Of a stretch of 47,210 bases of DNA, positions 1-9,223 are shown piece after piece; position 1 is the first letter of the stretch, and every line of letters begins with the position of its first letter. The translations under genes were made by a program, and so were the position numbers. Below the pieces are notes generated by a model that was not told the DNA's origin, did not search any database, and saw nothing but the letters and a program-made list of their open reading frames with translations. The DNA comes from Aquificaceae bacterium (GTDB lineage: Bacteria; Aquificota; Aquificia; Aquificales; Aquificaceae), in NCBI GenBank assembly GCA_037926125.1, contig JAXSOP010000001.1, positions 1 to 47,210 of the forward strand, read 5' to 3'.

Positions 1-2
1 AG

Positions 3-1130
3 TCCGTTAAAAACCTTCGTGAAATCCTTAATTCTATTGAAGAAAAAGTGATAAGCATGATAGGTTATGGTGTGCTTAAGACGGGAAACGTACTTTCTGA
101 CACTTCAAAGATAGTGGATGAACTGCTTAACATCTATAAGTTTAAGAGAGTAGTAGAAAAGGACAAAAGCAAAAGGGATGTTTACGAGAGAATTAAAGAA
201 GTGTTGGAAGATTACATGAGCCTTGATAATTTTTGTCTCTATGAAGTGAACCAAGCCAAGAATAGGATTGATTTGGTGTATGCGGTAGGCTTTAAGAATC
301 GTTGCAACGAGGTTATATTTGAAAATGCAGAAGAATGTAGGGCTAAAAGAACTGGGACCACTGTAGACTCAAGAGAGTTTCTGTGCATATGTCCTAACTT
401 TGGAGACAATCAGATGTGTAAAGAAGGTAAACTCCATTACTACTGCATACCTGTATATGTAGGTGGTGCTGTAGGAAATGTTCTACAGCTTATCTATGAG
501 CCGGAGATGGAACCTTTTATAAATCTTGTGATACCATACATAAAGGGCTATCTCAATGAGGCAGCTCCTGTGCTTGAAGCCAGAACCTACATGGACATTT
601 TGAGAGAGCAATCTCTCAAAGACCAGCTAACAGGTCTCTACAACAGAAGGTTCCTTGAGGAAACCATTGATAAACTGTCCGCTCAGATAAAGAGGCGTGG
701 AACATCCCTTGGTATTCTCATGGTGGATGTGGATTATTTTAAACAGGTCAATGATACTTACGGTCATGATGTGGGCGATAGGGTTTTGAAGAGTGTGGCA
801 GATGTTTTGCAGAAGAACGTTAGGGAATCAGATATAGTAATAAGATTTGGTGGTGAGGAGTTTATGGTGCTTCTTATGGATGTGCAGGCGGGCAGGTCGG
901 AGGAGTTGGCGGAGAAGATAAGAAAGGCTATGGAAAACCATACCATAGAGGCACCGGGTGTTGTTCTTAAAAAGACAATAAGCATAGGTGTTTCAGAGTT
1001 TCCCGTAGACAGCGATAGAATATGGCAATGCATAAAGTTTGCGGATGTTGCCCTTTACAAGGCTAAAGAGATGGGCAGGAACAGGATTGTAAGATTCAGA
1101 CCTGAGTTCTGGCAGGAGGAGAATTACTAA
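3..1130 (+). CDS. Sensor (GAF-like) diguanylate cyclase, 5'-truncated by window edge
   Basis: Frame is open from base 3 (SVKNLREIL...) so the true start lies upstream; C-terminal GGDEF domain with DQLTGLYNRR, DVDYFKQVNDTYGH, RESD I-site and GGEEF. Confidence 0.92.
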   Translation, partial: SVKNLREILNSIEEKVISMIGYGVLKTGNVLSDTSKIVDELLNIYKFKRVVEKDKSKRDVYERIKEVLEDYMSLDNFCLYEVNQAKNRIDLVYAVGFKNRCNEVIFENAEECRAKRTGTTVDSREFLCICPNFGDNQMCKEGKLHYYCIPVYVGGAVGNVLQLIYEPEMEPFINLVIPYIKGYLNEAAPVLEARTYMDILREQSLKDQLTGLYNRRFLEETIDKLSAQIKRRGTSLGILMVDVDYFKQVNDTYGHDVGDRVLKSVADVLQKNVRESDIVIRFGGEEFMVLLMDVQAGRSEELAEKIRKAMENHTIEAPGVVLKKTISIGVSEFPVDSDRIWQCIKFADVALYKAKEMGRNRIVRFRPEFWQEENY

Positions 1131-1142
1131 AATATTTTACTG

Positions 1143-3404
1143 ATGAGAGAAAGAGACCTTATAAGGCTTGAGTTTTTTCAGGTTTTGGAAAGGATAAAGA
1201 CCTATGCCCATTCAAAGGCAACAGAGCGTTTCATTGACCAAATAAGACCTATCACAGATCCAACACTTCTCAAAGAGAGAATCGCCCTTGTTGAAGACTT
1301 CCTCAGGGTTTCAGAAAAGCTTTTGCTATACTCCTTTGAAGATGTAGAAGACCTTATAAAGAAGACCACAATAAGAGATTACGTTCTTAGTGTGGAAGAA
1401 GCTCTTTCCCTTCTGAAAGTTATAAAGCTCATCAAAGAGGTCAGACGCGCTCTTGGTGAGGCAGTGCAAAACTACAAAAGTCTTATTCCTCTTGTGAGGG
1501 GCTTACATCTTTTTAATACTCTTGAAACCCTTATTGAGTCTACTATAGACCTAAGAGGTTTTGTAAAGGATTCTGCAAGCGAGGACCTTAGAGAAATAAG
1601 GCAAAAGATAAGAGACACGGAGAAAGAGGTTCTAAAGAGGTTGGAGGCAGTCCTTTCAAGACCCGATGCGGACAAGGTCTTTTCTGACAAGTTTGTAGCT
1701 TACAAAAACGACAGGTATGTCCTGCCAGTAAAGACCACAGAGGTCAAAAAGTTAGTGGGCATAGTGCACGGGACTTCCTCTTCTGGTTTTACCACCTATG
1801 TGGAGCCCCAGAGCGTTATAGAGCTTAACAACAGGCTTGCCACTCTGCGAGATGAAGAGGAGGAAGAAGTAAAAAGAATACTCAGAAAGCTCTCCTCCAT
1901 GATAGGCGAGCAGGCTCAGAGGCTAATTGAAGCCTTTAGAACCCTTGTGGAGGTAGACTATCTAAAGGCGGTAGCACAGTTTTCAGAATCCTATGGAGGT
2001 AAGTTTCCAAAGGTTGGGGAGTATATAGACCTACTTGGTGTAAAGCATCCTATATTGTTATTCCTAAAGGAGGAGGTGGTTCCTCTTGATATAATAATAA
2101 AGCACAAAAAGGGGCTTGTGCTAACAGGACCTAACACGGGAGGCAAGACGGTAGCTCTTAAAACCCTTGGGCTTTGTTGCCTTCTCTTCCAATCTGGCAT
2201 ACCTATACCCTTGCAGGAAGGCACACTGCCTGTTTTTGAAAATGTCTTTGTAGACATAGGAGACGAGCAGAGTATTGAGCAGAGTCTTTCTACCTTTTCC
2301 TCTCATATCACAAACGTAGCGGAGTTTCTACCCTATGTAAACAGCAAAAGCCTTGTGCTTCTTGATGAGCTTGGTGCAGGGACGGATCCAGTGGAAGGTT
2401 CAGCTCTTGGAATTGCCATTCTTGAATACCTTAGGGAGAAGGATGCTTTTATTCTTGTTAACACCCATCACACACCCATAAAGGTCTACGCTCTGAATTC
2501 TGAATATTACACGCCAGCTACCACCCTCTTTGACAAGGAGAGCCTTAAGCCCCTTTACAAGATAGTTTATGGTGCGGTAGGTGAAAGTATGGCTCTTGTT
2601 GTAGCAGAGAGATGTGGTCTATCTCAAGACCTAATAGAGAAGGCAAAGAGCTTTCTTCCTGCTGGCTTTGAGGAGTATTTCACTGCAAGGGAAACCCTTG
2701 AAGGCTACATAAAGGAATATCATGAGAGGCTAAGAGAACTGCAAGAAGAAAAAGAAAGGGCTGAAAGATTAGCTATTGAGCAAGAAGCCATGCTAAAAGA
2801 GCTTGAGAGCAGAAAAAGACAAGAAATAAAAAGAGCGTTAGAAGAGGTAAGAGAGCGTTTTGAGGAGTTTCTCTTTGAAGCGGAAAAGCATATGAGAAGC
2901 CTTAAGGATAGGCAAAAGCTGAGAGAGATCTTCAAAGAGAAGATAGAGAGGGTCTATCAAGGGGAGCAAGAAGAAAGGATAGAAGTTGGTGATTGGGTGG
3001 ATATATTCGGTTCAAAGGGTAAGGTGCTTGAGATAAAGGAGCATAGGGCATGCGTTTTGTCTGGAGGAGTAAAGGCTTGGATAAGGCTTTCGGACATAAA
3101 AAAAGCTGAGCCACCACCAGAAGAGGAACAACCTGAGAGGGTCTTTGAGATAAGGAAAAGTTCACCATCGGAGATAAACCTAACAGGTTTTAACGTCCAA
3201 GAAGCTATTACAAAACTTGAACTTTTCCTACAGGAGGCTCATAGCATGGGTCTAAAGAACGTTAAGATAATTCACGGACACGGCACTCTGAAGAAGGCGG
3301 TTCAGGAATTTCTCTCTTCCTCTCCCCTTGTGGTTTTCCACAGGGAAGGATATCCAAAGGAGGGAGGTGCTGGGACCTCCCTTGCATACTTAACTAAAGA
3401 TTAA
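1143..3404 (+). CDS. mutS2: Endonuclease MutS2
   Basis: Walker A GPNTGGKT, DEQSIEQSLSTFSSH, LLDELGAGTDP, coiled coil, C-terminal Smr domain (IIHGHG...GGAG). Confidence 0.96.
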   Translation: MRERDLIRLEFFQVLERIKTYAHSKATERFIDQIRPITDPTLLKERIALVEDFLRVSEKLLLYSFEDVEDLIKKTTIRDYVLSVEEALSLLKVIKLIKEVRRALGEAVQNYKSLIPLVRGLHLFNTLETLIESTIDLRGFVKDSASEDLREIRQKIRDTEKEVLKRLEAVLSRPDADKVFSDKFVAYKNDRYVLPVKTTEVKKLVGIVHGTSSSGFTTYVEPQSVIELNNRLATLRDEEEEEVKRILRKLSSMIGEQAQRLIEAFRTLVEVDYLKAVAQFSESYGGKFPKVGEYIDLLGVKHPILLFLKEEVVPLDIIIKHKKGLVLTGPNTGGKTVALKTLGLCCLLFQSGIPIPLQEGTLPVFENVFVDIGDEQSIEQSLSTFSSHITNVAEFLPYVNSKSLVLLDELGAGTDPVEGSALGIAILEYLREKDAFILVNTHHTPIKVYALNSEYYTPATTLFDKESLKPLYKIVYGAVGESMALVVAERCGLSQDLIEKAKSFLPAGFEEYFTARETLEGYIKEYHERLRELQEEKERAERLAIEQEAMLKELESRKRQEIKRALEEVRERFEEFLFEAEKHMRSLKDRQKLREIFKEKIERVYQGEQEERIEVGDWVDIFGSKGKVLEIKEHRACVLSGGVKAWIRLSDIKKAEPPPEEEQPERVFEIRKSSPSEINLTGFNVQEAITKLELFLQEAHSMGLKNVKIIHGHGTLKKAVQEFLSSSPLVVFHREGYPKEGGAGTSLAYLTKD

Positions 3405-4693
3405 CATGCACTTCCTGGTGAACCTGAACAGTCTGAACATAGGTGGATTGGGTGGATTTTAAGGAGGAATTCAAGCCCCTTTTCTTCAAACCAAGGTGCA
3501 ACATCTCCGTGCTTTATCTTCCACATGAAGTATTTCTCAAAGGCAGACTTTATATAGTGCATCATGACGCCCTTTCTGTATAGCACTGTAGACCTTGGTG
3601 GAAGCACAGGGGATGCAAAAAAGCCCATGGCGTCTCCACCCATGTCTGCAATGCATATAGCGGACAATTCTGGTGCATACCTGTCTGGGTTGTTCCTTAT
3701 ATCGTTTACGATGTTATGTGCTACCGCCAGAGCCATCTGCTCTATCATCATACCCGTCTTTGGTGCACCTGTTGGTATGGGTGTCTGCTCTACCGGAGGT
3801 ATGGCGGTAACCACTCCAACTCCAAAGATGTTTTTATAGGTTGGGTTTTGGAAGCATCTATTTACTATGACCATCTTGTTGGCGGGGTTTGCCACCTTTT
3901 CGCCTGCAGATTGGACTACCTCTGGTCCCATAAACCTTGGCATAAGCATGGAAAGCTTTGCAGGAGCTTCATAGGTCTTGCCCTCCAAGTCTTCGTATAT
4001 TACCTTGTCTGGCTCAACCTTGGTGATTTTCACGTTTGCTACCCACTTTATGCTCCTTTCTGCCATTAGGTCTTCCATAAGCCTTTTGGATGGCCCAACA
4101 CCACCCAGACCCATATGTCCCACATAGGGCTCGGAGGTTATGTAGGTTATAGGGACTTTGTGTCTTATGCCCCTTTTCTTTAGCTCATGATGTAACATGA
4201 AGGCGAACTCGTAAGCCGGCCCAAAACAGCTGACACCGGGTATGGCACCTACCACTACAGGTCCAGGATTTCTATAGAATTCTTCAAGTCTCTTGTTTAG
4301 CTCCATAGCATGCTCTGCGGTGCAGACAGATGTAGAATTTTGTTCTTGACCTTCCGCACCGAAGACCAATTTTGGACCTGTTGCTATCACAAGGTAGTCA
4401 TATTCTATAGTCTTGCCATCTTTTGTCTTCACCTTATTGGCTTCTGGGTCAATGCTCTCCGCATCCTCGTTTATGAAGTCTATGCCGTGCTTTGGAAGCA
4501 GTCCTGTTAGTGGGATACTTATGTCTTCAAACCTTCTCCATCCCAAAGCAAGGTGAGGCCAAGATGGAGTAAAGCCAAAATAGGGCCTTCCCGATATGAC
4601 AGTGACCTTAAGGTTTTTGTCCAGCTTCTTCAGGTTGTAGGCGGTGGCTATTCCTCCTATTCCGCCACCGATTATTACCACATGCTTGTTCAT
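3401..4693 (-). CDS. sqr: Sulfide:quinone oxidoreductase (type I/SqrA-like)
   Basis: FAD motif GGGIGG, SVCTAEHA, SCFGPAYEF, PKTGMMIE, AICIAD; 430 aa with the architecture of Aquifex SQR; SD AGGAGG upstream. Confidence 0.96.
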   Translation of the reverse strand: MNKHVVIIGGGIGGIATAYNLKKLDKNLKVTVISGRPYFGFTPSWPHLALGWRRFEDISIPLTGLLPKHGIDFINEDAESIDPEANKVKTKDGKTIEYDYLVIATGPKLVFGAEGQEQNSTSVCTAEHAMELNKRLEEFYRNPGPVVVGAIPGVSCFGPAYEFAFMLHHELKKRGIRHKVPITYITSEPYVGHMGLGGVGPSKRLMEDLMAERSIKWVANVKITKVEPDKVIYEDLEGKTYEAPAKLSMLMPRFMGPEVVQSAGEKVANPANKMVIVNRCFQNPTYKNIFGVGVVTAIPPVEQTPIPTGAPKTGMMIEQMALAVAHNIVNDIRNNPDRYAPELSAICIADMGGDAMGFFASPVLPPRSTVLYRKGVMMHYIKSAFEKYFMWKIKHGDVAPWFEEKGLEFLLKIHPIHLCSDCSGSPGSAC

Positions 4694-4711
4694 AACACAA
4701 CCTCCTGAGTT

Positions 4712-4741
4712 TTATAAGCAATAGCTTATAATTATATAAGC
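4712..4741. promoter_or_regulatory. Palindromic operator overlapping the sqr -10 element
   Basis: TTATAAGC-AATA-GCTTATAA (4712-4731) and GCTTATA-ATTA-TATAAGC (4724-4741); minus-strand TATAAT at 4736-4731. Confidence 0.6.
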
Positions 4742-4809
4742 AAAACGTTGTATAGGTTAAAATAAGAATGCAAGGAACCTGTGTGTGCTACATTCCAGAA
4801 AAGCATTTC

Positions 4810-4818
4810 TGATATAAT
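4810..4818 (+). promoter_or_regulatory. Extended -10 promoter of petABC
   Basis: TGATATAAT upstream of SD GGAGGT (4841-4846). Confidence 0.6.
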
Positions 4819-4852
4819 TAAAAATTTATGAACTATGTCAGGAGGTAATGTC

Positions 4853-5371
4853 ATGGAGACCTCAAGAAGGGACCTTATGGGTCTCGCTATAGGTGGTTTA
4901 GGAGCGGTAGGAGTCCTTGGGGTTCTATACCCAATTGTCAAGACCCTTGCACCAAGCGCAGCTTCTCTTTCGGGTGCTATGGTGGAGGTGGATGTAGCTT
5001 CAATTCCTGAAGGACAGGTAAGGGTTGTATCTTGGAAGGGCAAACCCGTTTTTGTAGTCAAGCTCTCTCAGGGCTTTCAGTGGATGGGCAAAGTAAAAGA
5101 GGAAAACAACGCAAAGCTCCTTCAGGGACAAGAAGCATACGCACTTATAGCAGTTTGCACCCATCTTGGCTGTGTTCCTCTATGGAAGCCACAGGGTGAG
5201 GCGGAGTTTAATTACCCCGTTTTCCACTGCCCCTGTCATGGTGGGTTTTATTCTCCATGGGGTGATAACATAGCCGGACCTCCTCCAAGACCTTTACACG
5301 TACCTCCACAAAAGAGAGAGGGTAGTAAGTTAGTGATAGGTGAACCGGGATTTGTTAAAGAACTTACATAA
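4853..5371 (+). CDS. petA: Rieske Fe-S subunit of cytochrome bc1
   Basis: CTHLGC and CPCHGG boxes, Tat motif SRRDLM, GPPPRPL; start moved to ATG 4853, 6 nt after GGAGGT. Confidence 0.96.
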   Translation: METSRRDLMGLAIGGLGAVGVLGVLYPIVKTLAPSAASLSGAMVEVDVASIPEGQVRVVSWKGKPVFVVKLSQGFQWMGKVKEENNAKLLQGQEAYALIAVCTHLGCVPLWKPQGEAEFNYPVFHCPCHGGFYSPWGDNIAGPPPRPLHVPPQKREGSKLVIGEPGFVKELT

Positions 5372-5383
5372 GGAGGTATAAAG

Positions 5384-6595
5384 ATGCTTGGAAGGATCGG
5401 CAGATGGATTGATGAGAGGGCACATCTTTCTGAGCTCTGGCAATCTCAGATGGTGGACTATAAAGTCCCCAAGAACCTTACATTCCCCTATGCCTTTGGT
5501 ATAATGGCAATTGTTGCCTTCGCTATTCAGATAATCTCTGGTATATTCCTAACCATGTATTATCAACCAAATGTCCATACTGCCTTTGACAGCGCCAACT
5601 ACACCATAATGAAGGAAGTTCCCTTCATGTGGCTTATAAGGCAGGTGCACGCAGCGGGGGCGAACTTCTTCCTCGCGATAGTATACCTTCATATATTCAC
5701 CGGGATATACTACAACGCCTACAAAAAGCCAAGAGAGCTTACTTGGATAATAGGATGGCTCATATACTTTGTCCTTCTTACCACTGCTCTTACAGGATAT
5801 CTCCTGCCCTGGGGACAGCTATCCTACTGGGGAATGGTGGTTACAGCAGAAATACCCACCTCCATAGACTCTGCACCTCTGATAGGTAGCTTAAAGATAG
5901 GGGAAACTGTTTCCATATGGATGAAGGGTGGATATGAAATAGGACAGATAACCCTTGGAAGGTTCTTTGGTCTTCACATATGGCTCTTGCCACTTATACT
6001 CCTGCTTCTTGTGAGCATACACCTATACCTTGTGCGTGCTGCGGGCATATCCAACCCAGAAGGAAGAGAGATAGACAAGAAAAAAGAAGGTGTGCCTTTC
6101 CATCCCTACATGACCCTCAAGGAAGGTGCCTATGTGATGGGATATATTGCAGTGTTCTTCTTCTTTGTCTTCTTCTACATGCACCACTTCTTGCCACCAG
6201 ATAACTACGACCCTGCAGACCCCTTCAAGACACCAGCCCACATAGCTCCTGAGTGGTATCTGCTTGCTTACTACACCATATTTAGGTCTATACCAGACAA
6301 GTTCCTTGGTTTTGTAGCCTTTAACCTTACACTTGTTTTGCTTCTTATACTGCCCTTCCTTGACTTCTCACCTCTAAAAAGTGCAAGGAACAGACCTCTT
6401 TTCTTTATCATGTTCTTAGTGCTTGTTATTTCCTCTATGGCTCTTACCATACTTGGTACTATGCCACCCACACCCACTAACGCACTGCTTGGTCTTATCT
6501 TCGCTGGAGGTCTTTTTGCCTTCTTCCTCTCCCTACCAATAATCTCCATAATAGAGTGGGGTTGGTATAAAGCAAGAGGAGGTAATAAACAATGA
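5384..6595 (+). CDS. petB: Cytochrome b of bc1 complex
   Basis: Heme His pairs (VHAAGAN...LHIF; LHIW...IHL), GYLLPWGQLSYWG, PEWY motif. Confidence 0.97.
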   Translation: MLGRIGRWIDERAHLSELWQSQMVDYKVPKNLTFPYAFGIMAIVAFAIQIISGIFLTMYYQPNVHTAFDSANYTIMKEVPFMWLIRQVHAAGANFFLAIVYLHIFTGIYYNAYKKPRELTWIIGWLIYFVLLTTALTGYLLPWGQLSYWGMVVTAEIPTSIDSAPLIGSLKIGETVSIWMKGGYEIGQITLGRFFGLHIWLLPLILLLLVSIHLYLVRAAGISNPEGREIDKKKEGVPFHPYMTLKEGAYVMGYIAVFFFFVFFYMHHFLPPDNYDPADPFKTPAHIAPEWYLLAYYTIFRSIPDKFLGFVAFNLTLVLLLILPFLDFSPLKSARNRPLFFIMFLVLVISSMALTILGTMPPTPTNALLGLIFAGGLFAFFLSLPIISIIEWGWYKARGGNKQ

Positions 6596-7224
6596 TAAAG
6601 ACTGTGTTTTTTACGATTATCACAGTCATCTTTTTCTACATAATATGGATAAATAATGTTTTTGCACCTCACGAGCATTATGAAATGCCTGCTCAGCATG
6701 CAAAGCTTGCTGAAGATGTGAAAAGCTATGCGAAAGAAGGTAAACAGCTCTTTGAGCAAAACTGTCAGGCATGCCACTCTGTTAGGTATGATGCGGTATA
6801 TCTAAGCTCTGTGCAGGCAAATCCAAAGCTCCAAACACTGCAAGAAAAGTATGGAAAGGTTCTCCCAAGAGATGTATATGAAGCGGTGTTTAATGAAGAC
6901 CTAATGGCCCTAAAGGAGTCCTTTGGTAAAGTCCCACCAGACCTTTCCACTATTTATCTTGTTAAAGGCAAAGAGTACCTTTATAACTTTATTCTTGAGC
7001 CTCAAAAGATCCTACCTGGCACATCCATGCCAGCGGTTATGACAGGAAGACCCGAAGAAACTGCAAAGATAGTAGCCTATCTTAAGTCCGTCTCTGAGCC
7101 TTCTCCGGAAGAGAAAAACAAGAGGGTTCTTATGGGTGTTGGAACCATAGCCTATCTTGTGGTTATGGGTGTTCTCCTCTGGATATGGAGGGGCAGGATA
7201 CTCAAGAGGATAGGCTTGCACTGA
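6592..7224 (+). CDS. petC: Cytochrome c1
   Basis: CQACH heme motif, PPDLS, GTSMP axial Met, C-terminal TM anchor; follows petB. Confidence 0.94.
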   Translation: MIKTVFFTIITVIFFYIIWINNVFAPHEHYEMPAQHAKLAEDVKSYAKEGKQLFEQNCQACHSVRYDAVYLSSVQANPKLQTLQEKYGKVLPRDVYEAVFNEDLMALKESFGKVPPDLSTIYLVKGKEYLYNFILEPQKILPGTSMPAVMTGRPEETAKIVAYLKSVSEPSPEEKNKRVLMGVGTIAYLVVMGVLLWIWRGRILKRIGLH

Positions 7225-7852
7225 TACAAAAGCTCTTCAAAGGGCACTCTCTGCACAGGGGAGTGCTCCTACAATAACTTTTTGCATGCTCGTCTATGAG
7301 GGCGTGAAATTCTTTATAGACTTCAAGCTCTGGAGGTAGGTTTTCCTCAAAAAAGACCTTAAGTTTATCATAGCCTTTGTCAATTCCCATAAATCTTCTC
7401 ATAAACCTCTGAGTGTATTTGTCTATAACGAAGTTTAGCTTGCCACCTGCATAAAGGAGTATTGCATCTGCGGTTTCTGGTCCTACACCTTTAACTTTTA
7501 GTAGTTCTTCTCTTGACAAGGTTTTTACCATGTCTGTAGGGTTTATAAACTCAGCCACTGTCTTTAATCTTATAGCCTTCTGATTGTAGAAGCCAGAGGG
7601 TCGGATGAGTTCTTTCAGCCTCTCTAAACTGACACTTCTGACAAACTCAAGAGATAATTCACCATTCCTCTTTAGGTTCTCTAAGGATTTTTCCACGTTT
7701 TTCCAGCTTGTGTTCTGCGTCAGCACCGCACCTATTATGACCTCATCCCTCGGGTCTGTTCCCATTCGTTTATGGTAGTTAGCATCTATTGGCCACCACC
7801 CCTGAAAGCCATATATATTAAGCAAAAGCTCGTATAACCTCAACAACTTCAT
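7202..7852 (-). CDS. Endonuclease III-like HhH-GPD DNA glycosylase with [4Fe-4S] motif
   Basis: GAVLTQNTSW, HhH VKGVGPETAD, C-x6-C-x2-C-x5-C; likely start ATG 7852. Confidence 0.88.
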   Translation of the reverse strand: MKLLRLYELLLNIYGFQGWWPIDANYHKRMGTDPRDEVIIGAVLTQNTSWKNVEKSLENLKRNGELSLEFVRSVSLERLKELIRPSGFYNQKAIRLKTVAEFINPTDMVKTLSREELLKVKGVGPETADAILLYAGGKLNFVIDKYTQRFMRRFMGIDKGYDKLKVFFEENLPPELEVYKEFHALIDEHAKSYCRSTPLCRECPLKSFCISASLSS

Positions 7853-8405
7853 CGTATATATCTTCTCCTCTTGAGTATCTTTTACCCAAATCCACTGCCC
7901 TTTCCCTTTCAATAAAGCCCTCCCTTACCAGTAGTTGGATAAACTGTGTAAGGTTATGTAACTTTTGGGATTTTTGGCTACCCCTTTCAAAGTCAAGCAT
8001 GTAAACCTCTCCATCTTCACCCAAGAGGGTATTTTTGTCAAGACTATGAAGTTCGTCCTTGTTTATACTAAGAGAGTCCAAAACTTTTATAAGTTCCATA
8101 ACCCTTATATATACCCTCGCTCTTTCCCTAAGCGATAGGCTCTTCTTGTCTATGGGAACACCCTCTATAAAAATATATACAACAAAGTCCTCTCCACAAA
8201 GAAGAAGTTGTGGAAAACCTTTATGTCCCAAAAGCTTTTTTAGTATCTTGCACTCCTTCTGTATGGCGTATACTCTCTCTTTGTCCTTGGCAACCTTTAT
8301 GGCTACCTTCTGTCCTTTCCATAGGCCTTTATAGATATACCCTCTCCAACCCTTACTAAAAAGCTCAAGCCCTTCCACTTCCTTTTTAAACTCTTCAAAC
8401 TTCAC
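7818..8405 (-). CDS. Protein-kinase-like (RIO/Bud32-like) protein
   Basis: Gly loop SKGWRGYIY, VAIK, helix-C Glu, DFE motif; likely GTG start at 8405 overlapping the upstream gene end. Confidence 0.7.
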   Translation of the reverse strand: MKFEEFKKEVEGLELFSKGWRGYIYKGLWKGQKVAIKVAKDKERVYAIQKECKILKKLLGHKGFPQLLLCGEDFVVYIFIEGVPIDKKSLSLRERARVYIRVMELIKVLDSLSINKDELHSLDKNTLLGEDGEVYMLDFERGSQKSQKLHNLTQFIQLLVREGFIERERAVDLGKRYSRGEDIYDEVVEVIRAFA

Positions 8406-8607
8406 CAACCACTCTGTAGCCCCACTCTTCCACTGCGGACTTAAGGATGTGAAAAGGTATTTCCTCTTCCATATGAACCTGCACCTTACCCTCTCCAAGG
8501 CTTACTTCCACATGGGATACACCTTCAATAGAGTATATTGCCTTCTTTATAGTTTCTGCACAGTGGTGACAGGTCATGCCTTCAACTTTTATAGTCTTTT
8601 TCACCAT
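8395..8607 (-). CDS. Heavy-metal-associated (CopZ-like) chaperone
   Basis: GMTCHHC HMA motif, ~70 aa; likely start ATG 8607. Confidence 0.9.
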   Translation of the reverse strand: MVKKTIKVEGMTCHHCAETIKKAIYSIEGVSHVEVSLGEGKVQVHMEEEIPFHILKSAVEEWGYRVVGEV

Positions 8608-9223
8608 ATTCTTTAATATAAGGCATTTCCTGTGCATTTGAGTAGCCTAGGGCTTTTACCATATGGCCTACGTCCACCTTTGTGTTCATGTTTAGAAAGG
8701 AAAAAAGCATTGGGTCATGCTCTAAAACTTCCCTTTCAGTAATTTCCTTATATGGAAACCTTTTTACAAAGTCTAACACCCTTTCACCACCCGATTCAAT
8801 ATACAGCTTTAGCTCTGGCAAGACATGTCTGTAATAAACTGCAAAAAGAGGATAGAGCCTTCCGTCTATATTAAAGAGGGTTATAGGTGGCTTCGCCTTT
8901 TCTAACAGTAGATTTACTACTTCCTTCTTTATAAGTGGCATGTCCCCCGCTACGATGAGAGCTTTTTCTCCTCTTAGGTTTTCCAATGCTGTATATACGC
9001 CTGCAAGAGCAAATTGTTTTTCAAGTGCATCTTTGAGTATTTCCACTCTCCTTAAAAAGGAAAATTTTTCCTCATCCTTAACAACAAGACACAGTCTTCC
9101 ACATATATTCTTCAAGGCCTCAAGCGTATGCTCTATAACCCTCTTGCCGCCTATATGATAGAGAAGTTTGTCCTCCCCAAAGCGTCTGCTAAGACCACCT
9201 GCAAGCACAAAGCACTCTATCAT
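8582..9223 (-). CDS. mobA: Molybdenum cofactor guanylyltransferase
   Basis: LAGGLSRRFGEDK, GDMP, PLFAVY, NMNT. Confidence 0.92.
   Translation of the reverse strand: MIECFVLAGGLSRRFGEDKLLYHIGGKRVIEHTLEALKNICGRLCLVVKDEEKFSFLRRVEILKDALEKQFALAGVYTALENLRGEKALIVAGDMPLIKKEVVNLLLEKAKPPITLFNIDGRLYPLFAVYYRHVLPELKLYIESGGERVLDFVKRFPYKEITEREVLEHDPMLFSFLNMNTKVDVGHMVKALGYSNAQEMPYIKEYGEKDYKS

Noticed and set aside
4732-5061. 109-aa minus-strand ORF upstream of sqr as a possible regulator
   Set aside because: Antisense to petA and lacks an HTH or other motif
7853-8637. Long apparent same-strand overlaps among the kinase, copZ-like and endonuclease ORFs (also nuoE/nuoF and 42079-42199)
   Set aside because: Artefacts of longest-ORF start choice; downstream starts give ordinary short overlaps
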